64,000 nt of DNA from Bacteroidia bacterium (lineage in GTDB: Bacteria; Bacteroidota; Bacteroidia; NS11-12g; UBA9320): contig CBDCFW010000003.1 in the NCBI GenBank assembly GCA_965216465.1, positions 288,001 to 352,000 of the forward strand, read 5' to 3'. Of this stretch, positions 25,719 through 36,474 are shown one piece after another. The notes beneath the pieces are model-generated. The model was not told where the DNA came from. It did not search any database and worked only from the letters and a program-made list of their open reading frames with translations. The first letter of the stretch is position 1, and each line of letters opens with the position of its first letter. The position numbers and the translations under genes are program-made.

Positions 25719-26510
25719 ATGTGTTACGACATTAAAACCTCCTTAGAGAAGCAGCTTCGAAGGGCTATTCTAGATGGTAATCAAGCCCAAATTGATGAAA
25801 TCAATGAAAAGTTGAGCATCTTCTCTCCTACTGAAATTGAATTGAACCATGCATCCGGCTTTACTCACCCTAAAATCATCATATACACCAACGAAGCACC
25901 CATGAAACCTGTGTTGTCTCAATGGGGCTTGGTTCCGCCATGGGTGAAGGATGATGCACAAAAGAATACGCTATGGAATCGTACCCTTAATGCTCGAGGA
26001 GAAACAATGTTTGAAAAACCCAGTTTTAGATCGTCTGCAAAGAATAAGCGATGTTTAATTTTTCTGGAGGGATTTTATGAGCATCAATACGTCAAAGGCA
26101 AAACGTATCCCTACTATATAAGTCACAAAGAGAAGGATTTAATTGCTGTTGCTGGATTGTACAGCGAGTGGAAGCATCCAAGTCTTGATGAACCGCTCAA
26201 TACGTTTGCAATAGTAACAACCAAAGCAAATAGCTTAATGGCCGAAATACATAACAATCCAAAACTCGCTGAACCGCGTATGCCATTGATATTGCCTGAA
26301 GAACTACAAGAGCAATGGTTGCTAAACATAGATGAACCAACAGATAAAGAATTGGTCGAAGAGCTAATTAAGCCCTACCCTGATGATGAACTGGAAGCAC
26401 ACACCGTTGCCCGGTTAAAAGGCAAGAATGCTATAGGTAATGTTAAAGAAGCTTCTAAAGAAGTGGTTTATGCTGAATTAAGCGGCGATCAAAACCTAAA
26501 ATTATTCTAG
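25719..26510 (+). CDS. SOS response-associated peptidase (SRAP/YedK)
   Basis: N-terminal MC, WGLVP, NARGE, RC....GFYE, IH...RMP. Confidence 0.93.
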   Translation: MCYDIKTSLEKQLRRAILDGNQAQIDEINEKLSIFSPTEIELNHASGFTHPKIIIYTNEAPMKPVLSQWGLVPPWVKDDAQKNTLWNRTLNARGETMFEKPSFRSSAKNKRCLIFLEGFYEHQYVKGKTYPYYISHKEKDLIAVAGLYSEWKHPSLDEPLNTFAIVTTKANSLMAEIHNNPKLAEPRMPLILPEELQEQWLLNIDEPTDKELVEELIKPYPDDELEAHTVARLKGKNAIGNVKEASKEVVYAELSGDQNLKLF

Positions 26511-26580
26511 TGCTAAATCATAGGTAAATCTGATGAAGATGCATTGGAGAATTACTGTTCAATAAACTACATTCGCAGCA

Positions 26581-28020
26581 ATGAATGTAAGAGACTTAGA
26601 ACCTAAAGTTGTTTGGAATCATTTCGCCGATTTAAACGAAGTTCCAAGACCAAGTAAGAAAGAAGAGCGCGTTATCGCTTTTATGCAAGAATTTGGAAAT
26701 AAACTTAGCCTAGATACCTATACCGATGCTATTGGTAACGTAATCATAAAAAAGCCAGCTACCGCAGGCATGGAAGACCGTAAAACAGTTATCATTCAAA
26801 GCCATTTAGATATGGTTCATCAAAAGAATGCAGATACTGATTTTGATTTCAGTACCCAAGGAATTGAAATGTATATCGATGATGATTGGGTTCGTGCTCG
26901 AGGAACTACGTTAGGAGCTGATAACGGTATGGGAGTAGCTGCTATCATGGCATTGTTGAGTTCTACAGATATTCCACATCCTGCAATTGAAGCCTTGTTT
27001 ACCATAGATGAAGAAACAGGTATGACAGGTGCAATGAACTTAGAGCAAGGAATACTTGATGGACAAATTCTTCTGAATCTAGATACGGAAGATGACGATG
27101 AGTTCTCAATTGGTTGTGCTGGTGGAATTGACACCAACACCAAGTTTAGCTACCAAAACGTAGCTGTGATTGATGGATCAAATACCTATAAAATTACTGT
27201 AAATGGTCTTAAAGGTGGTCATTCAGGAGTTGATATTGACTTAGAAAGAGGGAATGCCAACAAGATAATGAACCGATTGATGTATCAATGTGAGCAGTAC
27301 AACTTGCAAATCGTTGAAATAAATGGCGGTAGTTTACGCAACGCAATTCCGCGTGAAAGCTTTGCCACAGTTACAGCTAGTGCTGAATATGTAAATGAAG
27401 TGAATCAAAGAGCTGCTGCAATTAAGGTTGAGTTTGAAGATGAAGATCCAGGTCTAAATATCGTTATTGAGCAAGTTGATGCCGTTAACGAAGCGATGTC
27501 AATTGCAGATACAAATACAGTTACGAAAACGCTTTATGCGTGCCACAATGGTGTCTTTAGGATGAGTAGAGCAATTGCCGGCTTGGTAGAAACATCTTCT
27601 TCTTTAGCTCGAGTAATTGTTAAAGATGGTGAGTTTGTCACTCAAAGCTTGCAGCGTTCGTCGTCTGAAAGCAGTAAGATGGATGTTGCCTATACAGTTG
27701 CAGCACCTTTCCATTTAATGGGTTGTAGTGTTGAGCACGCGGGGTCTTATCCAGGATGGGCTCCAAACCCTAAATCAGAAATTATGGACGTATTGATTCA
27801 TAAGTATGAAGAAATGTTTAACGACAAACCGAAGGTTATGGCTATTCACGCAGGACTAGAATGTGGACTGCTTGGAGAGCGTTATCCCGGTCTAGACATG
27901 ATTAGCTTTGGCCCTACCATTAAAGGAGCACATAGTCCTGATGAGCGTTGTGGAATTAAATCTACCCAAAAGTTCTGGGCATTTTTGCTAGAAATATTAG
28001 CAAATACTCCGGCTAAATAA
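26581..28020 (+). CDS. pepD: Aminoacyl-histidine dipeptidase
   Basis: HLDMV, TTLGADNG, DEETG, GGHSG, IHAGLECG. Confidence 0.96.
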   Translation: MNVRDLEPKVVWNHFADLNEVPRPSKKEERVIAFMQEFGNKLSLDTYTDAIGNVIIKKPATAGMEDRKTVIIQSHLDMVHQKNADTDFDFSTQGIEMYIDDDWVRARGTTLGADNGMGVAAIMALLSSTDIPHPAIEALFTIDEETGMTGAMNLEQGILDGQILLNLDTEDDDEFSIGCAGGIDTNTKFSYQNVAVIDGSNTYKITVNGLKGGHSGVDIDLERGNANKIMNRLMYQCEQYNLQIVEINGGSLRNAIPRESFATVTASAEYVNEVNQRAAAIKVEFEDEDPGLNIVIEQVDAVNEAMSIADTNTVTKTLYACHNGVFRMSRAIAGLVETSSSLARVIVKDGEFVTQSLQRSSSESSKMDVAYTVAAPFHLMGCSVEHAGSYPGWAPNPKSEIMDVLIHKYEEMFNDKPKVMAIHAGLECGLLGERYPGLDMISFGPTIKGAHSPDERCGIKSTQKFWAFLLEILANTPAK

Positions 28021-28970
28021 TGATTTCAAAGAATCAACATATAAAAAGGCTAGCACAGTTTTCTGTTGCTAGCCTTTTGTTTTTCTGCTCGTGTTCTGCT
28101 CAGGATTATGAGTTTGAAAGAGATGTGCATACTAAAGCGCTCGATTCTTTAGCAAAGCTTGATGTAGATATGGTTAAGGTTCAAGCTGAAATGGTTGCTT
28201 GGTTTGAAGAACAGGACATGATAAATGGCAACGACCCCAAATGGTTGCAAAATCTTATCAATAAGATAGCTAAGCATGAAGTAGCTTTTCAAGAAGAACC
28301 AATTCTTGAGGGAAACATTAACTACTACGAACAATACCAGAGGATAATAATACATTATATCAATGAATCACGTGCCGGCCCAGATAGCCTTAAGGCCGCA
28401 AATTCCCATTTAACTCAAACATTTACTGCGGTCGCAGATACGCTTTATAAAGCAGGTGATATAAATCCAGATTCGATGATGTTGCATTATCTTAGAATTG
28501 CGAATGAAGCTTCTTTCAAAGAAGATTTCTACCAAACGTTTTTAACTGGTAGTGTACTTTGGTCTTCTGACGCATCAACAGGGTTTGAGGTTAAACTCCC
28601 TCCTGTTGATACAATTCCACCAAAGGATGTACATGTAAATCAGCGATTCGTGCTCAAGATTTTAGTTACCTCAACCGATGAATTACTTATTGAGGGCGTA
28701 CCACAAGAGATGGAAGTGTTGAAACAAATGGTGAATGATCACATTGTAAAGTATGAGGATAAAGCTATTGTTTCATTGCAGAATGCACGCGGTACTTCAT
28801 ATCAAAAGTATCTCGACGTTTATAATGAGATCACCGCTGCGTATAACGACGTTCGTGACAATTACGCGTATGCAAAGTTTGGAAAGAAGTACGGTGAGCT
28901 ATCCCATGAAGAAGCTAAGGTAGTCAAGCAAAAGTACCCTAAGAAGCTCTTAGAAGCCGAGCCGTACTAA
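28020..28970 (+). CDS. Putative lipoprotein with C-terminal ExbD/TolR-like domain
   Basis: VSLQNARGTSY..Y..V.NE...AY...R...YP....EAEP. Confidence 0.75.
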   Translation: MISKNQHIKRLAQFSVASLLFFCSCSAQDYEFERDVHTKALDSLAKLDVDMVKVQAEMVAWFEEQDMINGNDPKWLQNLINKIAKHEVAFQEEPILEGNINYYEQYQRIIIHYINESRAGPDSLKAANSHLTQTFTAVADTLYKAGDINPDSMMLHYLRIANEASFKEDFYQTFLTGSVLWSSDASTGFEVKLPPVDTIPPKDVHVNQRFVLKILVTSTDELLIEGVPQEMEVLKQMVNDHIVKYEDKAIVSLQNARGTSYQKYLDVYNEITAAYNDVRDNYAYAKFGKKYGELSHEEAKVVKQKYPKKLLEAEPY

Positions 28971-29034
28971 CGCTGGTCAAGTAAAATGCAGCGTTGGTGG
29001 AATGCATTGCGAAGCTTGATACTTTGTCACACCA

Positions 29035-30225
29035 ATGTCACGTTACGGTTTTATGAACCGAAAACACTATATCATCCTTGCCGTGGTAGTGTTGTTCTCA
29101 GCGACAATTTTCTACCTTTCTTTATCGAGCTATAGCTCTTCCCACCATTCAAGTTCGATTGACTCACAAACCTCTTCTTTTGTTAAATCAAGGACGGTCG
29201 CTCAAGGCCAACAAATTGAAAATGATAGTATACCTGGATTTGAAATTGGACAATCGCTCATTTATAAGAATCTTGAGATCATTACCATACTTGGAACATT
29301 TGAAAACGACAGGCAATATGTGAGCTTAGAAGCTGCCATGGAAAAAGATTTGGTTAAGTTGATTGAAACAAGCAATGTTTCGGAATTGAATATAACCAAC
29401 CAATCTGACCAATATATTTACTTGCAATCAGGAGATATTGTAAAAGGCGGCAAACAAGACCGTACTCTTCAAATGGACGTAGTTCTTGCTCCTCAAATGA
29501 AAAATGTTCCTATAGCCAGTTTCTGTGTAGAAAGTGGAAGATGGCAGCAGCGTCAGGATGAAGATGTAACCGAATTTGCTGCTTCCGAAAAATCGCTTTC
29601 GTCTAAAGATCTTAAACTATCTGCTCGAAAATCAGCTAATCAACAAGAAGTATGGCGTGACGTTTCCGTTCAAAAAGAAAAATTAAACCAGAATCTTTCC
29701 TACAGTTTTGGAACTGCTGTAGATGTAAATGATGATGCTTCTCCATCCAGTTTGCAATTAACCTTAGAGAATAAGCAAGTAAATGAAATGATTGAACAAT
29801 ATAAAGAGGCCTTCGCAAGCTTACCCTCAGATCAAGTTGTAGGTTTTGCTTATGCGGTAAATGGTAAGATTTACGGAGCAGAAATCTACAACAACGCAGT
29901 GTTTAACGATTTAAAAGAAAAAACGCTCAATTCATTTATTACTGAAGCTATTGCGGAAGCTGATACTGGAAATATCACATTTGAAAAGATGGCCGTTGAA
30001 GCTTGGATATCATTTATAGCTCCAATAATTGAAACCAATAAGTCTTACTACCAAAAAGTGAACGACGTAACCGGATTTTTAGCCGAAGAATCAGACAGTA
30101 TTGCTCGATTTACAAGCTACGATATCGGAATCCAAAAATGGATTCACATTAGCATTCTTGAAGATTCAGGTGCTGAAACTAAAGATGTTCCAGCACCTCC
30201 TCCCCCTCCGATATACACCCGATAG
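29035..30225 (+). CDS. Membrane-anchored ARPP-1/DUF6569-like protein
   Basis: V..L...N......G....GGKQDR, FCVE.GRW, Q..VW motifs. Confidence 0.75.
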   Translation: MSRYGFMNRKHYIILAVVVLFSATIFYLSLSSYSSSHHSSSIDSQTSSFVKSRTVAQGQQIENDSIPGFEIGQSLIYKNLEIITILGTFENDRQYVSLEAAMEKDLVKLIETSNVSELNITNQSDQYIYLQSGDIVKGGKQDRTLQMDVVLAPQMKNVPIASFCVESGRWQQRQDEDVTEFAASEKSLSSKDLKLSARKSANQQEVWRDVSVQKEKLNQNLSYSFGTAVDVNDDASPSSLQLTLENKQVNEMIEQYKEAFASLPSDQVVGFAYAVNGKIYGAEIYNNAVFNDLKEKTLNSFITEAIAEADTGNITFEKMAVEAWISFIAPIIETNKSYYQKVNDVTGFLAEESDSIARFTSYDIGIQKWIHISILEDSGAETKDVPAPPPPPIYTR

Positions 30226-30289
30226 GTGTTTAATGATTGTGTATTTTGTTTGCAGTTTTTTTATGAAACTTGCGACTTAATATCACATC

Positions 30290-31096
30290 ATGGATTTATT
30301 CACACTCTCCAACCTTTGGACTCTCTTAATGCTTGTGCTTTTACAGGCTGTGCTTGGTTTTGACAACCTATTATACATTTCACTCGAATCGAAACGTGCA
30401 CCTGAAGAAAAGCAGAGCTATGTACGTAAAATGGGTATTGCCATCGCAATCATCCTGAGAATAGTATTGCTCTTTGGGCTGATGCATCTTATAGCTTACG
30501 TACAAGACAGCCTCTTTTCTATTCATTGGGAAGGAAAAGTCGAGGGTGATTTCAACCTTCATAGCATTATAGTTTTGGTTGGTGGGGCTTTTATTCTGTA
30601 CACTGCTGTTAAAGAAATTTGGCACATGATGACTCCAATTCACGATGAAATTGAAGGAGAAAGAAAAACAAAATCAACACGATCGGTAATCATCTGGATT
30701 GTTCTAATGAATTTGGTCTTCTCGTTTGATTCTATTCTAAGTGCAATGGCGTTGGCAAGCGATATAGAAGCCCCTAATGGGATGATAGTGATGGCTACGG
30801 CCATTATTATTGGAGGGATTCTGATGATTTGGCTCGCAGATAAAGTATCAACATTTTTACAGAAAAATAGAATGTATGAGGTACTCGGACTGTTCATTTT
30901 GTTTATCGTTGGAATAATGCTTATCACAGAAGGTGGAGAGTTAGCACACCTGCATTTGGCAGGAAACCCAATTGAGAAAATGAGTAAAACAACCTTCTAT
31001 TTTGTAATTGGTGTACTTATTGTAACTGATATAGTACAAACACGCTATCAAAAGAAGCTTATTGCTCAAGAGGCGCAGCTTCATAAGAAGTCATGA
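30290..31096 (+). CDS. TerC family membrane protein
   Basis: LGFDN, VFSFDS motifs. Confidence 0.9.
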   Translation: MDLFTLSNLWTLLMLVLLQAVLGFDNLLYISLESKRAPEEKQSYVRKMGIAIAIILRIVLLFGLMHLIAYVQDSLFSIHWEGKVEGDFNLHSIIVLVGGAFILYTAVKEIWHMMTPIHDEIEGERKTKSTRSVIIWIVLMNLVFSFDSILSAMALASDIEAPNGMIVMATAIIIGGILMIWLADKVSTFLQKNRMYEVLGLFILFIVGIMLITEGGELAHLHLAGNPIEKMSKTTFYFVIGVLIVTDIVQTRYQKKLIAQEAQLHKKS

Positions 31097-31788
31097 TATT
31101 AAGAACTTACATACCAATTCTGGCACTTTGCATAATAGCAATTGGGTGTAAATCTTCAAAACTGGCTCAAAACAACAACAATTCATTTGTAGGAAAAATA
31201 GTCTACGATATCATCGTTGAAGGGGATTCCCAAAATATAGAGGATATTCAAAGAGCAAAAGAGCTTTATGGTAATACTTTAGAACTCAGCATATTTGAAA
31301 ACGGCGATATTTTGATGAACTACAACGGCAGTCCAAAAGGCTACGATTTGAGCTACATCGACGTTAACGAGAATGAACTCACCGAGAAATTCAATTCGTC
31401 AGATACGCTCTACGTACGCCCTGCGTCAAAACAAAATGTTAAAAAGCTCACCGATATTCGTCAGAACGATAAAACTATTGATGTCCTGAACCACGAATGT
31501 AAGGCGGTATCACTTTCTGCAGAAGATCAAGAAAGCAAGCAATATCTAACCATAAAATACTGGTATAGTAATGACTACAAGGTGGATGCCACTCGGTATA
31601 GTTCTATAAATGAAGACCTTATGGGCTACCTCTTTCAAAAAAGCAACGGTGGTATCTTTCTTCGCAAAGAGATCAGCTACTCAGGCTACAGCATAACCTT
31701 CGTTGCTAAAGAAATTAAAAGAATAACAGCCGAAGACCTCGGAGATCAACACAAATACAAAACGTCTACAGTTATTTTGGAAGAGTAA
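31093..31788 (+). CDS. Hypothetical lipoprotein
   Basis: Lipobox AIGC. Confidence 0.7.
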   Translation: MILRTYIPILALCIIAIGCKSSKLAQNNNNSFVGKIVYDIIVEGDSQNIEDIQRAKELYGNTLELSIFENGDILMNYNGSPKGYDLSYIDVNENELTEKFNSSDTLYVRPASKQNVKKLTDIRQNDKTIDVLNHECKAVSLSAEDQESKQYLTIKYWYSNDYKVDATRYSSINEDLMGYLFQKSNGGIFLRKEISYSGYSITFVAKEIKRITAEDLGDQHKYKTSTVILEE

Positions 31789-32202
31789 CTATAGAACTGC
31801 AGCGTAGCTAACACCATCTGTTATTTCACAGCCCGATTGAATCATATCGAAAAGTTCTGACTCACGTTCTTTTTTGTAAGATTTAGAGGCAACTTGTTTC
31901 ACCATTTTATCTCCGTTTCTAATAATTCGGATGAGGTGAATTTCTGTCTCATCACATTTGAAATAGTAAGCAATGCCTTCTTCTTTCTTTTCTAAATATT
32001 CAGTTTTGCGTAACACCCCTTCCCAAATTACATCACTAAATTGGTCAATAATAGCCTCAGAAGCTTCAGAATCTTCTTCTTTTAGCTTAACCCAATCGTC
32101 TGCTGTTATTCCATTAACTACCAAGAAATCAATGAATTCTTTCTCCAAATTATGCAGCTCTTCTTCCGGCAATCTTGAATATTTCATATTTAAGAGCTGC
32201 AA
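31789..32202 (-). CDS. Conserved Bacteroidota protein (DUF6495-like)
   Basis: MKY.RL..EEL..LEKEF..FL..NGI...DW. Confidence 0.8.
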   Translation of the reverse strand: MQLLNMKYSRLPEEELHNLEKEFIDFLVVNGITADDWVKLKEEDSEASEAIIDQFSDVIWEGVLRKTEYLEKKEEGIAYYFKCDETEIHLIRIIRNGDKMVKQVASKSYKKERESELFDMIQSGCEITDGVSYAAVL

Positions 32203-32239
32203 AGCTAATTATCTCAATGGCAATATTACCTTTGCGCCA

Positions 32240-32731
32240 ATGATAATCGAGAAAAACAAAGCGGTTGGGGTTCACTATCAACTAGAAGTAGATGGTGCAA
32301 AACTAGATGCATCTGGTGATCAACCATTAATGTACTTACACGGTCATGGAATGATGATTCCAGGATTTGAAAGACAATTAGAAGGTCTTAAAGAAGGAGA
32401 CAAGTACGATTTTAAGGTTGCACCTAAAGAAGGGTATGGTGAATATAATCTTGAAGCCGTAGCTCCTCTAGATAAAAACATTTTTATGATTGACGGTAGC
32501 ATGAGTCCTGATGTATTTGAAGGTGCTCAACTGAGACTTACTAACCAAGATGGTCATCCAATGATCGGTGTGGTTAAGTCAATTGAAGAAGATACAGTAA
32601 CCATGGATTTCAATCACCAATTAGCTGGAAAAGAACTTCATTTCAGCGGTCACATTGCTAGCATTCGTGAAGCAACTGAAGAAGAAATCAGCCACGGTCA
32701 TATTCATGGACCAGGTGGACATCACCACTAA
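32240..32731 (+). CDS. slyD: FKBP-type peptidyl-prolyl isomerase SlyD
   Basis: DFNH.LAGK.L.F, His-rich tail; start reassigned to MIIEKNK. Confidence 0.93.
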   Translation: MIIEKNKAVGVHYQLEVDGAKLDASGDQPLMYLHGHGMMIPGFERQLEGLKEGDKYDFKVAPKEGYGEYNLEAVAPLDKNIFMIDGSMSPDVFEGAQLRLTNQDGHPMIGVVKSIEEDTVTMDFNHQLAGKELHFSGHIASIREATEEEISHGHIHGPGGHHH

Positions 32732-32750
32732 GAAACACTGAAATTTATTA

Positions 32751-32786
32751 AAAAAAGACCGTCCTTTTGGTACGGTCTTTTTTTTA
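32751..32786 (+). terminator. Intrinsic terminator
   Basis: aaaaaagaccgt...acggtcttttttt. Confidence 0.8.
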
Positions 32787-32883
32787 TGACTTTGCGAATC
32801 GGTGTACAAGTGAATTGTTGTTGATTGAACAATAAGCCTATTTTCGTCACCTTACTAAAACTGAAATATTAAATCTGTGCCTC

Positions 32884-33975
32884 ATGACACGCCCTACAAT
32901 TAAGTTCAATAACACCACCAATATCGAGTTTATAAAAGCACTTCGAACCAATGTAAACAAGTACTTTGTTGACAACAATATCTCGCGATACGGAAATTTC
33001 AACCTATATTTTAAAACACTCTTCATGATTGCGGTGTACTTCGTTCCACTAGGTCTAATGCTTAGTGGTGTTATACAAAACACAGGTGTGATGTATCTTA
33101 TGTGGGTCATTATGGGGTTTGGTATGGCCGGTATTGGGCTGACCATTATGCACGACGCTAACCATGGTTCATATTCGAAGAATAAAAAGGTTAATGAGGC
33201 GTTTGGGTTTATCCTTAATTTTTTAGGGGGATACCACATCAATTGGAAGATCCAACATAATGTTCTTCATCATTCCTTTACAAATATCCATGAACATGAC
33301 GAAGACATTTCTAAACCTGTAATGCGGTTTACACCAAACCAAGAGCACAAAAGCGTGTACAAATATCAAGCATTTTACGCTCCCCTATTCTATGGATTGC
33401 TTACGATATATTGGTTCTTGGCTAAAGACATTGTTCAACTCATAAATTATGGTAAAAGAAACTTGCTAAAAGCTCAAAAAAAGAGCTTTAGAGGCGCATT
33501 GATCGAGATCATATTTCATAAAACCTGGTACGTCATCTTAACCTTGGTTCTTCCAATTTGGATAATGGATATTGGTTGGGGGCATGTGGTGGCAGGTTTC
33601 TTTATTATGATGTTCATTAGCGGACTCATTTTGGCACTCATTTTTCAATCGGCTCATGTTTTAGAAGAAACCCAGTTTTTTGAAGCAGGTGAAGGGGGCA
33701 GTATGGAGAACAATTGGGCTATACACCAACTGCTAACCACAGCAAATTTTGCGAATGGAAATAAGCTGCTTACTTGGTTAATTGGAGGCTTAAATTATCA
33801 GATTGAGCACCACCTTTTCCCAACTGTTTGCCATGTGCATTATCCAAAAATTGCTGGTATTGTAAAAGAGACGGCATTGTCATACGGCATTCCCTATCAT
33901 CAACACAAAACGTACTACGGTGCATTAAAAAGTCATTTTACCCTACTGAATGATTTAGGACGAAATCGAATTTAG
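32884..33975 (+). CDS. Acyl-CoA/fatty acid desaturase
   Basis: His boxes HDANH, HNVLHH and QIEHH. Confidence 0.93.
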   Translation: MTRPTIKFNNTTNIEFIKALRTNVNKYFVDNNISRYGNFNLYFKTLFMIAVYFVPLGLMLSGVIQNTGVMYLMWVIMGFGMAGIGLTIMHDANHGSYSKNKKVNEAFGFILNFLGGYHINWKIQHNVLHHSFTNIHEHDEDISKPVMRFTPNQEHKSVYKYQAFYAPLFYGLLTIYWFLAKDIVQLINYGKRNLLKAQKKSFRGALIEIIFHKTWYVILTLVLPIWIMDIGWGHVVAGFFIMMFISGLILALIFQSAHVLEETQFFEAGEGGSMENNWAIHQLLTTANFANGNKLLTWLIGGLNYQIEHHLFPTVCHVHYPKIAGIVKETALSYGIPYHQHKTYYGALKSHFTLLNDLGRNRI

Positions 33976-35514
33976 GGCTGCAATTGCTTTAATTACCCGC
34001 TGACCATCCATAGCTGCACTAATAATTCCACCGGCATAGCCTGCACCTTCCCCACATGGGAATAAGTTTTTAACTTCTGGATGCTGCAGTTCTTTGGTTC
34101 GCGGTATACGTACAGGAGCACTAGTTCTGCTTTCTGGAGCTGTAACAATGGCATCCTTATGTGCAAATCCCTTCAGTTTATTAGTCATTTCTCTTAAGCC
34201 TTCACGCAATCTATAATTAACCTCTTCAGGATATAGCTCGTTTAAATTGCAAGCTGTCATTCCAGGATGGTAACTGCTTTTATTTAAAGCCTTAGTCTCT
34301 TCATTGTTTAGATAGTCAATCAAATTTTGAGCGGGAACTTTAAACTCCCCTCCTCCCATTTCAAAAGCCTTTTTCTCTATAAATTGTTGAAAACGTAAAC
34401 CGGCTAGTGCTCCATATTGCCTAAAATCAGCCCATTCATCTTCTCCTATTTCTGTAACCCAGCCGCTGTTCGCAAATTCACCGTTTCGTTTACTCGGGCT
34501 CCATCCGTTAACCACCACTTCTTCAAATGATGTGGCCGCTGGAGCAATAATTCCTCCTGGACACATACAAAATGAAAAGGCTCCCTTGCCTCTTACTTGA
34601 GCCACGAGGCTATAACTCGCTGGAGGAAGTAATTTAGCATTCTGCTCATTGTGGTATTGAATTACATTAATCAACTCTTGAGGATGTTCAATCCTAAAGC
34701 CCATAGCAAAGGGTTTGGCCTCAATTGCAATATTGAGTTTATCGAACAGCTCATAGATATTACGGGCTGAATGTCCCGTTGCGAGTACCACTTGTTCACA
34801 AGTCTCATAATTGCCATTGATTTGTACTTCAGTTATTTGGTCGTTGTCAATTTTTAGTCCATCAAGTTTGCTTTCAAACCTCACTTCACCCCCATGATCA
34901 ATGATAGTTTCTCGTAAACTTTCGATAATCTGAGGAAGTTTATTGGTACCGATATGAGGATGAGCTTCGTACAGAATGTTTTCATTTGCTCCATGAAGCA
35001 CAAAGTATTCTAAAATCGACCTAATCTTTCCACGTTTATGTGATCGAGTATACAGCTTTCCGTCTGAAAATGTACCTGCCCCGCCTTCGCCAAAACAATA
35101 GTTCGACTCTTCGTTCATTTCCCCTTCTCGATTCAGTTTGGCTACATCACGACGGCGATCTTTAACCGCTTTTCCCCGTTCAATAACAATAGGCTTCAAC
35201 CCCATTTCTAAACACTGCAAAGCAGCAAATATTCCAGCTGGCCCAAACCCTATTATATGCACAGTTCCACGCTGCGGTTTTTTAAATTCAGGGAGTTTTA
35301 AATCTTCAGGGAAATCGTTGTCGGTAAAAACCTCCAAACGCAAGTTGTATTTTATATTCTTCTTTCTGGCATCCAGCGACTTACGGAGAATGACAACATC
35401 ATTAATCTCCGAGGCGTTTTTACGCTTCAACCTACAGTAATAATCAACAGGTGATAATGCAAATTTTGAGTACTCTTTTAAGGCAATGCTAAGCTCTACA
35501 ATCTCTCTGGCCAC
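33955..35514 (-). CDS. FAD-dependent oxidoreductase
   Basis: GFGPAG, FGEGGAGTFSDGKL, GEGAGYAGGI.SAA.DG. Confidence 0.9.
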   Translation of the reverse strand: MAREIVELSIALKEYSKFALSPVDYYCRLKRKNASEINDVVILRKSLDARKKNIKYNLRLEVFTDNDFPEDLKLPEFKKPQRGTVHIIGFGPAGIFAALQCLEMGLKPIVIERGKAVKDRRRDVAKLNREGEMNEESNYCFGEGGAGTFSDGKLYTRSHKRGKIRSILEYFVLHGANENILYEAHPHIGTNKLPQIIESLRETIIDHGGEVRFESKLDGLKIDNDQITEVQINGNYETCEQVVLATGHSARNIYELFDKLNIAIEAKPFAMGFRIEHPQELINVIQYHNEQNAKLLPPASYSLVAQVRGKGAFSFCMCPGGIIAPAATSFEEVVVNGWSPSKRNGEFANSGWVTEIGEDEWADFRQYGALAGLRFQQFIEKKAFEMGGGEFKVPAQNLIDYLNNEETKALNKSSYHPGMTACNLNELYPEEVNYRLREGLREMTNKLKGFAHKDAIVTAPESRTSAPVRIPRTKELQHPEVKNLFPCGEGAGYAGGIISAAMDGQRVIKAIAALNSISS

Positions 35515-35587
35515 AATTTACTTTTCCAAGAAGTTTCCACAAATATTCGATAAAACCACGATATATTTCATCTTTGTTGACTTTATA

Positions 35588-36436
35588 ATGACAAAATCAA
35601 TTCAAGAACTAGAAAAATATGTTTCTCAAACCCGCAGAGACATAGTGAGAATGGTACATGCAGTTCAATCAGGGCACCCTGGAGGTTCCTTAGGCTGTGC
35701 TGAATTTTTCACCGTTTTGTATCAAAATGTTATGCGTCACAACGCAGATAATTTCAATATGAGTGGTAAAGACGAAGACGTTTTTGTTTTGTCAAACGGT
35801 CATATCTCTCCGGTGTTCTATAGTACGCTTGCTCGTGCAGGATATTTTCCAGTTGATGAATTAGCGACATTTAGAAAATTGGATAGTAGACTTCAAGGGC
35901 ATCCAACCACACATGAAGGATTGCCAGGAGTTCGTATAGCATCAGGTTCTTTAGGACAAGGCTTATCAGTTGCAGCAGGACTTGCTCAAGCCAAGAAATT
36001 GGATGGCGAAGATAAGTTGGTATATACGCTTATGGGTGACGGAGAGTTGCAAGAAGGTCAAATCTGGGAAGCTGTAATGTATGCAGCACACAACAACTGC
36101 GATAACTTAATTGCTACTGTCGATGTAAACGGAAGACAAATTGATGGTGACACTAAAGACATTATGGGCTTTGAGGACCTTAGATCGAAATTCGAAGCAT
36201 TTGGTTGGAATGTTATTACGATGAACGGAAACGATGTTAACGATGTTCAAGATACATTATCGAAAGCAGCGGTATTGTCAGGTAATGGAAGTCCAATCTG
36301 TATACTAATGACTACAGAAATGGGCAATGGAGTCGATTTTATGATGGGTAGTCATGAATGGCACGGAATCGCACCAAACGACGAACAACTGGCTTCAGCA
36401 CTAGAACAAAACCCTGAAACACTAGGCGATTATTAA
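35588..36436 (+). CDS. Transketolase, N-terminal (TPP-binding) subunit
   Basis: SGHPGGSL, LQGHP, GDGELQEG. Confidence 0.95.
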   Translation: MTKSIQELEKYVSQTRRDIVRMVHAVQSGHPGGSLGCAEFFTVLYQNVMRHNADNFNMSGKDEDVFVLSNGHISPVFYSTLARAGYFPVDELATFRKLDSRLQGHPTTHEGLPGVRIASGSLGQGLSVAAGLAQAKKLDGEDKLVYTLMGDGELQEGQIWEAVMYAAHNNCDNLIATVDVNGRQIDGDTKDIMGFEDLRSKFEAFGWNVITMNGNDVNDVQDTLSKAAVLSGNGSPICILMTTEMGNGVDFMMGSHEWHGIAPNDEQLASALEQNPETLGDY

Positions 36437-36474
36437 TCCTTTCGCATACTTTTTGAGTTAAATAATACGTAATT

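Noticed and set aside
31973-32239. N-terminal extension of the SlyD ORF
   Set aside because: It is the antisense shadow of 31789-32202; the real start is 32240, just after TAccTTTG.
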